64,000 nt of DNA from Deltaproteobacteria bacterium (GCA_023382265.1 JAMCPX010000008.1:84274-148273), one strand, 5' to 3'; positions 10,575-20,003 are shown, counted from the first letter of the stretch. A program made the numbers and translations. The notes: generated from the letters alone by a model not told the origin.

Positions 10575-10768
10575 TAAAGTTATTTAAAACTTGTTGATAA
10601 GTATATTGTAATTATATATATGTAATTACAAACAGAAGTGTTAACACATTTTAAACTGAATTGTTTTAAAAATTTTTTATAAAAATTAAATAGATAAAAA
10701 ATATGAGTAGATTTTTAACAAACTTACTACTATGATTATTATATATTATCAAATACTAGGAGATAGTT
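10575..10768. other. AT-rich dnaA-dnaN intergenic region, candidate oriC/DNA-unwinding element
   Basis: The region is very AT-rich. It contains TGTTGATAA (reverse complement TTATCAACA, a near DnaA box). Its position between dnaA and dnaN is the most common bacterial oriC location. Confidence 0.4.
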
Positions 10769-11866
10769 ATGGAGTTTAGTATATTAAAAAAAGATTTTGT
10801 TTCCGCAATAAGTAAAGTGATCGGTGCAACAGAAAAAAAAGCAAGTATGCCGATATTATCCAATATTTTAATAAAAATAGAAAAAGATATTCTGACAATT
10901 ATAGGAACAGATCTTGAAGTTACAATTATCACTAAAATTAAGTGTAATAATATAGTTTCAGAAGGAAAAACGGTAGTACCAGCTAAAAAAATATTTGATT
11001 TTGTAAAAGAACTGCCCGAGAGTGAAATTAATATAAAAATAGAAGATGGATTGATAAATATGGTTATAGGAAAGATATCAGGTAAATTAAAAGTTTTACA
11101 AGCAGAGGACTTTCCTATGATAGAAGAGTACAAAGACGGTTTTACAAAAATTGATAACAACACTATTATGAAGACCATAGATAAAACGATATATGCTGCC
11201 TCTACTGATGAGGTTAGATACAGTTTGAACGGTATATTTTTAGAAAAATATATAAATAAATTAAGATTTGTGGCTACGGATAGTCATAGAATGGCTTTGT
11301 GTGATTTAAAAGAAGTAAATAGTATAGAAGGTTTAACAAAAGGGGTTATAATACCAAGAAAAGGCTTATATGAAATGAGAAAAATAAACAGCGATAATGA
11401 CGTTGAAATTGCTATTGATAAAAATAAAAATTTTATAGTAAGAATAGGTGATACTACAATACAGATGAGACTGTTGGATTATGATTTTCCTGATTATAAA
11501 CCTGTTATACCAAAAGAAACAAAGGTTAATATAAAAATAAATAAAAATATTTTAGCATCAGCAATAAAGAGGGCTCAATCTATATATCAGGATAAAATAA
11601 CAAGAATCATATTCAATGTTAATAATAAGACTCTTACCATAGAAAGTAGTGAGTCTGATACGGGTGAGGCAAAAGAAGAAATAGAGATAGACTACAATGG
11701 TGAACCTTTAACAATAGGCTTTAATGGAAGATATGTATTAGACTGCTTAAACACAATAGAAAGTGATTTTATAATAATTGGTTTGAATAATGATCAAAGT
11801 GTTGCAACAATTATACCGGAAGAAGATAAATTACATTATAACCTTATTATGCCTATGAGAATATAG
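10769..11866 (+). CDS. dnaN: DNA polymerase III beta sliding clamp DnaN
   Basis: Is 365 aa long with the N-terminal MEFSILKKDF...PILSNILI motif and three beta-clamp domains. Confidence 0.95.
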   Translation: MEFSILKKDFVSAISKVIGATEKKASMPILSNILIKIEKDILTIIGTDLEVTIITKIKCNNIVSEGKTVVPAKKIFDFVKELPESEINIKIEDGLINMVIGKISGKLKVLQAEDFPMIEEYKDGFTKIDNNTIMKTIDKTIYAASTDEVRYSLNGIFLEKYINKLRFVATDSHRMALCDLKEVNSIEGLTKGVIIPRKGLYEMRKINSDNDVEIAIDKNKNFIVRIGDTTIQMRLLDYDFPDYKPVIPKETKVNIKINKNILASAIKRAQSIYQDKITRIIFNVNNKTLTIESSESDTGEAKEEIEIDYNGEPLTIGFNGRYVLDCLNTIESDFIIIGLNNDQSVATIIPEEDKLHYNLIMPMRI

Positions 11867-12028
11867 GATAGTTTTATGTAAAAATAGAGTACAGCATTAC
11901 TGAATATATCTAAGGTCCGGTTTTAGATGATTATGAGATTATATTAAGATACGCAATTTAAAAAAGTAACAAAAACCATCATCCACCCCAAAAGCGAAGC
12001 AGCCAAAAAATCCAAAAATTTAATGTGG

Positions 12029-12247
12029 TTACTTCTTCTCTTCCTGTTTTGGTACCTTGGATTTTGCAGTGGAGATACCAACGACTTTATATAACGGACA
12101 AAAGCTTATACTGGATGTTAAAATCGGTACAAACCCTATCAATCCGAGCCATCTCCACGAGCCATGTACCCAGAAGATCATTGAAAGAAGAAATAACCCG
12201 ATTATCCATCTCACAACCTTGTCAACAGAACCAACATTTTGTTCCAT
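12029..12247 (-). CDS. DUF2892 (YgaP-like) small inner-membrane protein
   Basis: The R-W-I-G-L..L...GLIGFVPILTS..FCPLY pattern is typical of the DUF2892 family, and the ORF is 72 aa. Confidence 0.6.
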   Translation of the reverse strand: MEQNVGSVDKVVRWIIGLFLLSMIFWVHGSWRWLGLIGFVPILTSSISFCPLYKVVGISTAKSKVPKQEEKK

Positions 12248-12487
12248 ATATATACCTCCTCGTTACTAATAGTATAGTGACAAATAAAAATGATTTCAAG
12301 TATTGACTGCGAAAATGCATTTTAAAATATAGAAGAATATGTTGTAAACAATAAAAATAGTTATGGCATGCCATTCGCGCAGAATTGATTATCTGACAAA
12401 GATAAAAGTGTTGATAGGCAAGAATAAAAATATAGTTGAAAATATAACCATTTATAATAAATATAGTAATTAACAGGAGGCCAAAAA

Positions 12488-13363
12488 ATGGCAGAAAATA
12501 AAAAAAGTAAAATAATCGGCATTATAGGAGGGAGCGGTATGTATGAGATGGAGGGTATAAAAGGTGTTAAAGAAATACGATTAGAAACACCTTATGGGGA
12601 TCCATCGGATGCCTACATTATAGGTGAATACAATGATGCAGAGTTTATATTTCTACCGCGTCACGGCAAAGGACATCGTATACTTCCATCAGAGATAAAC
12701 TTCAGAGCAAATATTTATGGTATGAAGATGCTTGGAGTAGAATGGATAATATCTGTAAGTGCGGTAGGGAGTATGAAAGAGGATATAAAGCCGGGAGATA
12801 TTGTTATACCGGATCAGTTTATAGATTTAACAAAAAAGAGAGAATCAACCTTTTTTGGTAATGGCATTGTCTCGAGTATTTCTATGGCAGACCCTGTATG
12901 CCCTGTTTTGTCGGGAGAGCTGTATAGCGCAGGCAAAAAGCTTGGTATAACAACACACAAGGGAGGTACATATGTATGTATTGAAGGACCGCAGTTTTCT
13001 TCAAGGGCGGAATCAAAGTTATACAGACAATGGGGTGTGGATATAATAGGAATGACAAATATGCCGGAGGCAAAACTCGCACGAGAGGCGGAGATTTGCT
13101 ATGCAACGATCGCACTTGCAACAGACTATGATTGCTGGTATCAAGGTATGAAGGATGTTGAAGTGAATGAGATTGTTAAAACGATGCAAGAAAATATAGA
13201 AAAGGCGAAAAGTATTATAAAGGCAGTTATCCCTATAATTGATCATTCAAGGGTATGCTCATGTTCTCATGCACTCCGGGATAGCTTTATGACATCAACT
13301 TCACTCATCTCCGAAAAGATCAAAAAAGATTTAAAACCCATCATAGGAGATTATATAAAATGA
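12488..13363 (+). CDS. mtnP: S-methyl-5'-thioadenosine phosphorylase (MTAP, PNP/MTAP family)
   Basis: Has IGIIGGSG at the N-terminus, the phosphate-binding region, the ...GMT.MPE motif and an AGGAGG RBS. A ~40 aa C-terminal extension contains CSCSH. Confidence 0.85.
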   Translation: MAENKKSKIIGIIGGSGMYEMEGIKGVKEIRLETPYGDPSDAYIIGEYNDAEFIFLPRHGKGHRILPSEINFRANIYGMKMLGVEWIISVSAVGSMKEDIKPGDIVIPDQFIDLTKKRESTFFGNGIVSSISMADPVCPVLSGELYSAGKKLGITTHKGGTYVCIEGPQFSSRAESKLYRQWGVDIIGMTNMPEAKLAREAEICYATIALATDYDCWYQGMKDVEVNEIVKTMQENIEKAKSIIKAVIPIIDHSRVCSCSHALRDSFMTSTSLISEKIKKDLKPIIGDYIK

Positions 13364-13803
13364 AAAAAAATTTCATAAGAATATGTATATGGGCAAGTTT
13401 TATACTAACTTCATGTGCAGTTAACAGTACTACAGGCACAGTAGTAACGATTAATCAAAACAATCAAGATAGGTTTGAAGAGCAAAAGATGTTTACCGTA
13501 AACCTGATTCCGCCGGAAGGAGGTAAGTCTATCTGGGAAGGTAAGAAGTTAGAACCCCCTTACAGCAAACAGGTTTTACCTGGTAAGACATATAATGTTC
13601 AAGTAGAAACAGCGGATGGAGTTATATATGATGGCAGTATTAAGGTACTTGCAGATGGGGGTAGTATAGGGAAATATCCTGGTTATGATGTAAGACTTTT
13701 AAAATATATCAGAGGGATCATTAAACAAGAAAAACATATTTCTTTTTATCTAAACTCTCCGGCAGGCAGGCAGGTACTTTTGGTAACTTTTATATCGCAT
13801 TAA
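13360..13803 (+). CDS. Hypothetical lipoprotein
   Basis: Has a signal peptide with a lipobox-like LTSC. No recognisable domain. Its start overlaps the MTAP stop (ATGA). Confidence 0.45.
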   Translation: MKKNFIRICIWASFILTSCAVNSTTGTVVTINQNNQDRFEEQKMFTVNLIPPEGGKSIWEGKKLEPPYSKQVLPGKTYNVQVETADGVIYDGSIKVLADGGSIGKYPGYDVRLLKYIRGIIKQEKHISFYLNSPAGRQVLLVTFISH

Positions 13804-13850
13804 ATCAAAATAATACATATTAAACCGTAAATGGAAACACGGAATTATGA

Positions 13851-13877
13851 GCAGGGGCGGGTTAAATCCGTCCCTGC
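13851..13877. terminator. GC-rich stem-loop between convergent genes (possible bidirectional terminator)
   Basis: gcaggggcgg-gttaaat-ccgtccctgc forms a 10-bp stem with one mismatch. There are no strong U-tracts. Confidence 0.3.
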
Positions 13878-13901
13878 CAGCTAGTCAAATTCTACAGATA
13901 C

Positions 13902-14300
13902 TCACTTCAGACTTTTGATATAAGCAATAATATCGTCGATCTCTATAGGACTGAGCTTACCTTTAAAAGAAGGCATGACATGTGCGGGAAAACCTTTTAC
14001 ATTATAATCGTCCGGATCAAGGATCTTGTTCTTTATAAATTTATCATCAACAACTATCTTTTCTTCTTTTCCACCTATGTTAACGAATTCTTTTTTACCA
14101 TACAAACCCTTGTAAGATGGTCCCACAAGTGTAGTACCATTGGCAGTATGGCATGCTGTACAACCTTTTTCTTGAACAATCTGTAAACCTTTTGCAGCAC
14201 TACCTTCTGCTACCTTTGCTCCCATAGCCTGAGAAACAACCGAAATTCCTGCTATAATCATTATAGCCATAAGCACTGTAAACTTTATTCTTTTTACCAT
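13902..14300 (-). CDS. Monoheme class I c-type cytochrome (periplasmic)
   Basis: Has a signal peptide, a single CTACH heme motif, the GPSYKGLYG cytochrome-c fold signature and a distal Met (HVMPSF). The start was set at ATG 14300 (MVKRIKF), which is preceded by a GGAGG RBS. Confidence 0.8.
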   Translation of the reverse strand: MVKRIKFTVLMAIMIIAGISVVSQAMGAKVAEGSAAKGLQIVQEKGCTACHTANGTTLVGPSYKGLYGKKEFVNIGGKEEKIVVDDKFIKNKILDPDDYNVKGFPAHVMPSFKGKLSPIEIDDIIAYIKSLK

Positions 14301-14381
14301 ATCATCCTCCTGATAACTAAAATATATGTGCTTCTTAAACCAACAGAGGTACATATAAAATTATTGTTCTTATAATACAAA

Positions 14382-15827
14382 CTAAAACAAATATTCAAGT
14401 TTTATTGCAGTTACATCAAAATCAGACGGTGATATATTTGATGTTGGGACTTGAGCAAGTGCTGCATATTGTGCAACCCCTGGGTTATACTTCATAAAGA
14501 ATGAATGTTCCAACAGTAAATTGACATTCTGGTATGGATACCATGATAGTCCTGCAACAAGAGATTGGACATCCATATCACTTACCTGAGAGGAGCTTGT
14601 TGAAAGATACTTTACATATGCCCCATAAGTTCTCTTGTAATAATAATCTGCCATAACACCCAGGCCGTTCCTGCTCACAGAGGTACCACTGTTCGAAAAA
14701 CTGGTTCCGGAGTACTGATCTACTCCATAAAACTTACTATCATTCTCTGATTGATAAAGTACATAAAGTTCTGCAAGATTGTTGTTGGCAAGATACTGTG
14801 CCTGCAGGTCAACGCCATAGTTCGTATAATTATCAAGATAATTTGGATTTACCAGAGATGAAATAGGCTGAGTCATCCTCTCATTGCCAAAATATCCGAA
14901 TCCGCCGATTTCTACATATACATTATTAAACTCAGGTAAGTAATAAGACACGCGAACACCGGGATCAACAGTGCTTGAGCCATTGAATACCCCGGTTCCA
15001 GCCACTCCTCCCTGAACATATCCGGTCAAGGTTTGATTTTTTGTAGGATGATATGCCCCTACACACGCGTAAAGGCCGCCATCAGTAAAGTCACCCCACA
15101 TACCATATAATTCACCACCTTCTACAAATGCCGTGTTTGTATCAAGTAAGGTATTGTGTGTGCTCATGCCCATAAGTGTAGATGTTAATCCCCACATGCC
15201 AAATGTATTTGAAGGATCTGCCATACCAACCGTATCAACAGCTCTGAATCCATAGCTTAAAGTTTTCCCTGCAAATGTTGTATCTGATCCTACAAATGCA
15301 AGATCAAAGATACCTAAACCAAGGGTTCCGCCTTCATCATTAATACCTGTTAATTCAATTAATGTACCAATATGAGGACCAATCTTTCCTCCTACATATA
15401 TACTGGAGTCAGCAAGCAGGTTAAGAACATCCGTATCTCCATACCCTGAAGGATATGAAACAAAGCCCTGTCCTCCTGTCGCGATACCTCTTGGAACAAT
15501 GCCGTTGTTCCCGCCCTGCTGATTATTCCATCTGGCAACCAGTCTTGCCGACAGCATTGGAACCTTGTTGATTGCAAGTCCAGGCATGGATTTATCATCA
15601 GACTTTATCTGATCTACATAGTCTATCGTATAACCATGAAGTTTAAAATTCCTGCCAAATGGTGTTAGATGAGGGAAAACAGTGTGACACACATCACAGG
15701 CAAGACCTGTTTGTCTTGCAAAACTCGGTACTGCTTTGGCGTTTTTCGGTAAGCCGATCGTCATAACAAAGACCAACCCTGATAACACTATAACCGTTCC
15801 TAATTTACTTAAAACATTCTTTTTCAT
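14382..15827 (-). CDS. Fused monoheme cytochrome c / outer-membrane beta-barrel protein (Cyc2/Cyt572-like candidate)
   Basis: Has a signal peptide, then a single CDVCH motif about 12 aa into the mature protein. The remaining ~430 aa is rich in G/Y/S/T/N with the alternating pattern typical of beta-strands and a C-terminal ...LEYLF aromatic terminus, the outer-membrane beta-barrel signature. Confidence 0.7.
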   Translation of the reverse strand: MKKNVLSKLGTVIVLSGLVFVMTIGLPKNAKAVPSFARQTGLACDVCHTVFPHLTPFGRNFKLHGYTIDYVDQIKSDDKSMPGLAINKVPMLSARLVARWNNQQGGNNGIVPRGIATGGQGFVSYPSGYGDTDVLNLLADSSIYVGGKIGPHIGTLIELTGINDEGGTLGLGIFDLAFVGSDTTFAGKTLSYGFRAVDTVGMADPSNTFGMWGLTSTLMGMSTHNTLLDTNTAFVEGGELYGMWGDFTDGGLYACVGAYHPTKNQTLTGYVQGGVAGTGVFNGSSTVDPGVRVSYYLPEFNNVYVEIGGFGYFGNERMTQPISSLVNPNYLDNYTNYGVDLQAQYLANNNLAELYVLYQSENDSKFYGVDQYSGTSFSNSGTSVSRNGLGVMADYYYKRTYGAYVKYLSTSSSQVSDMDVQSLVAGLSWYPYQNVNLLLEHSFFMKYNPGVAQYAALAQVPTSNISPSDFDVTAIKLEYLF

Positions 15828-16116
15828 TAGCTCCTCCTTCTTAAGTTAAAAGATGACTGTTTTTATATGCTATTCAAAATTTGTGTCAACAATTTGGTTT
15901 ACAATATGCTTCGTATCCGTGGCCGATATACAGGAGAGGTTATTTGTAGAAGAATATATAAAAAACAAAGTAATCAATTATATAATATTCAAATATCTAT
16001 TGCTTAAAAATTCAAACAAGAATAAAAAAACAAAAGATAAAGAAAAACTTGACTTAATAGATTATATATAGACTTTACAATATAATATAAAAACTAATAA
16101 AGGAAGATTTTTTGTT

Positions 16117-16824
16117 ATGAATATTAAAAGGTATATAATTGCAGGATTGTTTACTACACTTATTACAACGACAGTACACGCCGGGCAAAATGCCTGTATT
16201 ACCTGCCACGAGTCTCTTGGTGGAACGATCGCCGCACCTGTTATACACTGGAAGGGCTCTATACACTCGCAAAACGGCGTAACATGTAATTCATGTCACG
16301 GTGGTAATCCTGATGTTAAAACAGGGAATATAAAATTTTTATCACCTGCTGAATTTAGTAATATACAGGCTCATGCAATGTCAAAAGCAAGCGGGTTTAT
16401 TGGTATACCATCAGGCAAAACGATGTTTGATATGTGTGGGAAATGTCATACGGATTCAGTAAATATGTATGCCAACAGTATAATGGGTGTCGCATATTTA
16501 GAAAATAAAGGCGGTCCATCATGCGCAACCTGTCATAATAGCCATGATAATGTTATTCCTGCTGTGCCGAAGGTATGTGAGCAATGCCATAAAGATATAA
16601 CGGGTTTTGATCAGATATCCCCTATGAATGTTTCCGATGCAACAATTCATGACCTTTCTATGCTAAGGATACATATCGAACAAAAGAAGGTGGAGGGTAA
16701 TAAGCTGCCCATATTCAGCAAGGAGCTCGCTTCATTTCAGATCGGATTTGTAGCATGGGGAGCAGTGCTTTTACTGTTGATAGTCTCGTTCATCATCTAT
16801 ATCGTACTCGAGAAGAGGAGTTAA
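16117..16824 (+). CDS. Pentaheme c-type cytochrome with C-terminal membrane anchor
   Basis: Has a signal peptide, five CxxCH motifs (CITCH, CNSCH, CGKCH, CATCH, CEQCH) and a C-terminal hydrophobic helix. It is the first gene of the bc-type complex operon. Confidence 0.85.
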   Translation: MNIKRYIIAGLFTTLITTTVHAGQNACITCHESLGGTIAAPVIHWKGSIHSQNGVTCNSCHGGNPDVKTGNIKFLSPAEFSNIQAHAMSKASGFIGIPSGKTMFDMCGKCHTDSVNMYANSIMGVAYLENKGGPSCATCHNSHDNVIPAVPKVCEQCHKDITGFDQISPMNVSDATIHDLSMLRIHIEQKKVEGNKLPIFSKELASFQIGFVAWGAVLLLLIVSFIIYIVLEKRS

Positions 16825-16825
16825 T

Positions 16826-17089
16826 ATGTCATTTGAGATCATTCACGAAAATAAACCATCATACTCTAAACCGGCAGGTGTTGTAATTGTATTCTTATCC
16901 CTCCTGCTTCTTGTTATGGCTGTTTTTTTTGCTTATCTGTTTATATCGGGCAAGGGTACCGACTATATAATGGGTACTATTCTTGCTTTTGAATTCTTAA
17001 TCTCGGGTATACTGCTGATTCTTTTTGCTAAATATTTTATTTCATTTAGGCACGTGGCAGAAGATCGTAAGGAGGAATTCTTATGGTAG
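16826..17089 (+). CDS. Small two-TM membrane protein (possible accessory subunit of the Rieske/cyt b complex)
   Basis: Is translationally coupled: its ATG 16826 lies directly after the upstream stop, with an AGAGGAG RBS. It is 87 aa with two hydrophobic helices. Confidence 0.5.
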   Translation: MSFEIIHENKPSYSKPAGVVIVFLSLLLLVMAVFFAYLFISGKGTDYIMGTILAFEFLISGILLILFAKYFISFRHVAEDRKEEFLW

Positions 17090-17703
17090 ATAACCATACA
17101 AATGATCCATTTGGCGACGGTAACAAAGGAATAACACGCAGGAAGTTTATTCTTAGTATAATACTTGTAGCAATAGCCGGTGCATTCGGATCCATATTAT
17201 CATTGCTTAAGGTTTTGTCACCTTCAAAAAAAGGTGCCGGATATGTATCAACCATAGTTTCGGGTGATAAGCTTTTATACGCGTCCGGGAATCAAGTTGG
17301 TTCTGTAATAAAAGCTTCTGCCATGGGGGTTGGGGACGCTGTGCTTGCATATCCTATTGGTAAAACATCTAACCCGGCAAACCTTGTGCAGCTGATTAAA
17401 TTAGAGGAAAAAGATTTTCAGCCTCCAACGGATATTAAGTTTACAGACAAGGGGTTTGTCGCGTACAGTGCAATATGTACACATCTTGGATGCACAGTTT
17501 CATGGGTTAACAATAAAAATGCGCCTACGCACTCTTACTCAGAGTGTTTTTGTCATAACAGTATTTTTAATCCGGAAAAGGGTGCAAAGGTTATTGGCGG
17601 TCCTGCACCTGTGCCGCTTGCACAAATAGGCATAAGGGTTGATAGCGATGATTCTTTAGTTTTTACTAGCGGTTTTAATGGTCCAATAGGACCACAGGTA
17701 TAA
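17083..17703 (+). CDS. Rieske [2Fe-2S] iron-sulfur subunit with twin-arginine signal
   Basis: Has an RRKFIL Tat motif plus TM anchor and the Rieske boxes CTHLGC and CFCHNS. An AAGGAGG RBS precedes it, and the start overlaps the upstream stop. Confidence 0.9.
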   Translation: MVDNHTNDPFGDGNKGITRRKFILSIILVAIAGAFGSILSLLKVLSPSKKGAGYVSTIVSGDKLLYASGNQVGSVIKASAMGVGDAVLAYPIGKTSNPANLVQLIKLEEKDFQPPTDIKFTDKGFVAYSAICTHLGCTVSWVNNKNAPTHSYSECFCHNSIFNPEKGAKVIGGPAPVPLAQIGIRVDSDDSLVFTSGFNGPIGPQV

Positions 17704-17724
17704 AAAAATAATGAGGTAACTGAT

Positions 17725-18984
17725 ATGCTTTTTGATTGGTTTGAACAAAGACTGGAACTTAAAAAATTTAAAGAAAAATATTTAACAAAAACTTTTCCAA
17801 CGCATCCTACATTTCTATTGGGAGAGATAGCTCTTTTTTCTTTTATAACCCTGGTTATAACAGGCATATTTCTCGGGTTCCTTTATGAGCCATCAACGAA
17901 GCTTACACCGCTTTTTAGTGCCATGGTTCCGGCAGCATATGCGAGTGTTGTTAAAATAGATCTTATTCCTCTCGGCATGATCATAAGGCGCATACATCAC
18001 TGGTCTGCAATGATTATGATAGCCTCTATTTTAGCACACTTATTAAGGGTTTATTTTACTTCCGCTTATAGGAAACCGCGAGAGATAAACTGGTTTATAG
18101 GACTTGCATTATTTGGTCTTTCGCTCTTTGCTGCATTTACAGGCTATCTCCTGCCATACAGCAATTTCTCTGTAACGGCTACATCTATTGGCTATTATAT
18201 AGCCAAGTCGGTACCATGGATTGGAGGCTGGGTATCAAGATTGGTATTTGCAGGAGAATTCCCTTCTGATGCAACTGTCCCAAGGTTCTTCTTTTTACAC
18301 GTCATGCTTATCCCCATACTTCTTTTAAGCCTTATAGGTTTGCACATGATGATCCTCGTAAAACAAAAGCATACAGAACCTCTTGCAAATAAATCCAAGA
18401 AAGAGGCAGAAAACGGTAAAAGACTTATTGGTATCCCAATCTGGCCTGAGCAAACCATCATCAGTGTATCTTTTTATTTCTTTTTACTGTTTATAATTAT
18501 ACTGATTGCGACCAACATACCTCTTAATCCTATAGAGGCATACGGCCCTCCTTCACCGGGAACGCCGGTTATGAGACCAGATTGGTATTTCTTAATGATC
18601 TATGGATTTTTAAAACTGATTCCGGGAGATTTGTCTTTTAGTATTCTCGGCGGCAAGTTCACACCGGAAACGATCGGCGGTGTACTATTTCCTTCTGTGC
18701 TAATATTGGCCATTATCCTTATTCCTTTTCTTGACAGAGCTAAAGAGCCTGTAAGCTACATAGAAAATCCATTACATAGGCCATTTATGACTTCAATAGG
18801 ACTTACAGGAATTACTTTTACATCAATGCTTGTAGTTGCAGGTTATATCGATGTGCTTCATATAAAGCCAAAAGCTATGCTTATATTGTTAGCAGTTACA
18901 AGTGTTTCAATGTGGGTAATCTCTTATTTCCTTTTAAGGTTTTACAATAATAGAAGAAATAACGGAGGGAACAATGTTAAATAA
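17725..18984 (+). CDS. Cytochrome b (long form, b6 plus subunit-IV-like fusion) of a bc-type complex
   Basis: Carries the RRIHHWSAMIMI...HLLR heme-ligand helix motifs, is 419 aa, and has at least 8 TM helices. Confidence 0.9.
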   Translation: MLFDWFEQRLELKKFKEKYLTKTFPTHPTFLLGEIALFSFITLVITGIFLGFLYEPSTKLTPLFSAMVPAAYASVVKIDLIPLGMIIRRIHHWSAMIMIASILAHLLRVYFTSAYRKPREINWFIGLALFGLSLFAAFTGYLLPYSNFSVTATSIGYYIAKSVPWIGGWVSRLVFAGEFPSDATVPRFFFLHVMLIPILLLSLIGLHMMILVKQKHTEPLANKSKKEAENGKRLIGIPIWPEQTIISVSFYFFLLFIIILIATNIPLNPIEAYGPPSPGTPVMRPDWYFLMIYGFLKLIPGDLSFSILGGKFTPETIGGVLFPSVLILAIILIPFLDRAKEPVSYIENPLHRPFMTSIGLTGITFTSMLVVAGYIDVLHIKPKAMLILLAVTSVSMWVISYFLLRFYNNRRNNGGNNVK

Positions 18985-19753
18985 ACCCAATATAGGTCTA
19001 TTTGTTCTATTAAGTATATGTGTGTCTTTATCAAACGCGGGCTACGCTTCACAGAACAATAATGCTCATGTAAAAAATACATGCGTTATATGCCACTCTA
19101 AAATATCGGGCGAAACCTTTGTAGGAATCAAATCGCACTCATGGGAGAATTCTATTCATCAAGAACACGGTATAACCTGTAATCAATGCCATGGTGGAAA
19201 CCCGAAGGCAATTACAACCGCAAAGGCACATATTGGTGTATTAGGTTCAAGCAATCCGGATAGCGGTGTGTATTATAAGAATATCCCAAAGACATGCGGC
19301 AGATGTCATAATAAAGAACTTTACAAGTATACGGAAAGCAATCATTTTAAAAAGCTTGAAGCAACTGGACAGGGGCCTAATTGTGTAACATGTCATGGTT
19401 CTATGGTAACAACAATATTAACGCCGGACGATATGGCAAACGTATGTGATAAATGTCATAACACAAGGATTGGTGTTTTTCCCTATATCCCCGAGAAGGC
19501 AAAGGCTGTCCTGATGTTGCTTGATACAGAAGGATCCCTTATCGCCGCAGATGAAAAGATATACAGCAGCAGTAAAGAAGATATGCAGATATTGCAAAAA
19601 GCGAAGAGCCAGTTTTCTAATGCGAAACTCGAATGGCATGCATTTGACCTGGATAAAATAACAAAATATCTTCAAAATACAGAAGAAATCCTAAAAGAGT
19701 TAAGCAAGCCTCCGGTACAAACAAGCCCGGTAAGCAAACAGCATAATAAATAA
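18974..19753 (+). CDS. Pentaheme c-type cytochrome
   Basis: Has a signal peptide and five CxxCH motifs (CVICH, CNQCH, CGRCH, CVTCH, CDKCH). Its start overlaps the cyt b stop, and a GGAGGG RBS is present. Confidence 0.85.
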   Translation: MLNKPNIGLFVLLSICVSLSNAGYASQNNNAHVKNTCVICHSKISGETFVGIKSHSWENSIHQEHGITCNQCHGGNPKAITTAKAHIGVLGSSNPDSGVYYKNIPKTCGRCHNKELYKYTESNHFKKLEATGQGPNCVTCHGSMVTTILTPDDMANVCDKCHNTRIGVFPYIPEKAKAVLMLLDTEGSLIAADEKIYSSSKEDMQILQKAKSQFSNAKLEWHAFDLDKITKYLQNTEEILKELSKPPVQTSPVSKQHNK

Positions 19754-19967
19754 TTTATTACGATTTCGGCGATGTTCGTGCATATATGCTTATGATAGAA
19801 TAGTTTACTATCCTGCAGTATAGTTGATTTTGTGTGTAAAACAAAAATTGCAGTTCAATACAGTACCTCAGGGTAATATGTAACGATAGTTTCAAGTATC
19901 ATAGGCTGGGCCCGGTGTTGAAAGAACAAAAAGGTTGCTCTATTGTATATGCGGATTGGCAACCGGG

Positions 19968-19996
19968 TTGACTTATACGCAATGTGCTATCATAAT
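19968..19996 (+). promoter_or_regulatory. Promoter candidate for tRNA-Ser (TTGACT-N17-CATAAT)
   Basis: The -35 lies at 19968-19973 and the -10 at 19991-19996, 7 nt before the tRNA 5' end. Confidence 0.35.
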
Positions 19997-20003
19997 GCAT
20001 TGC

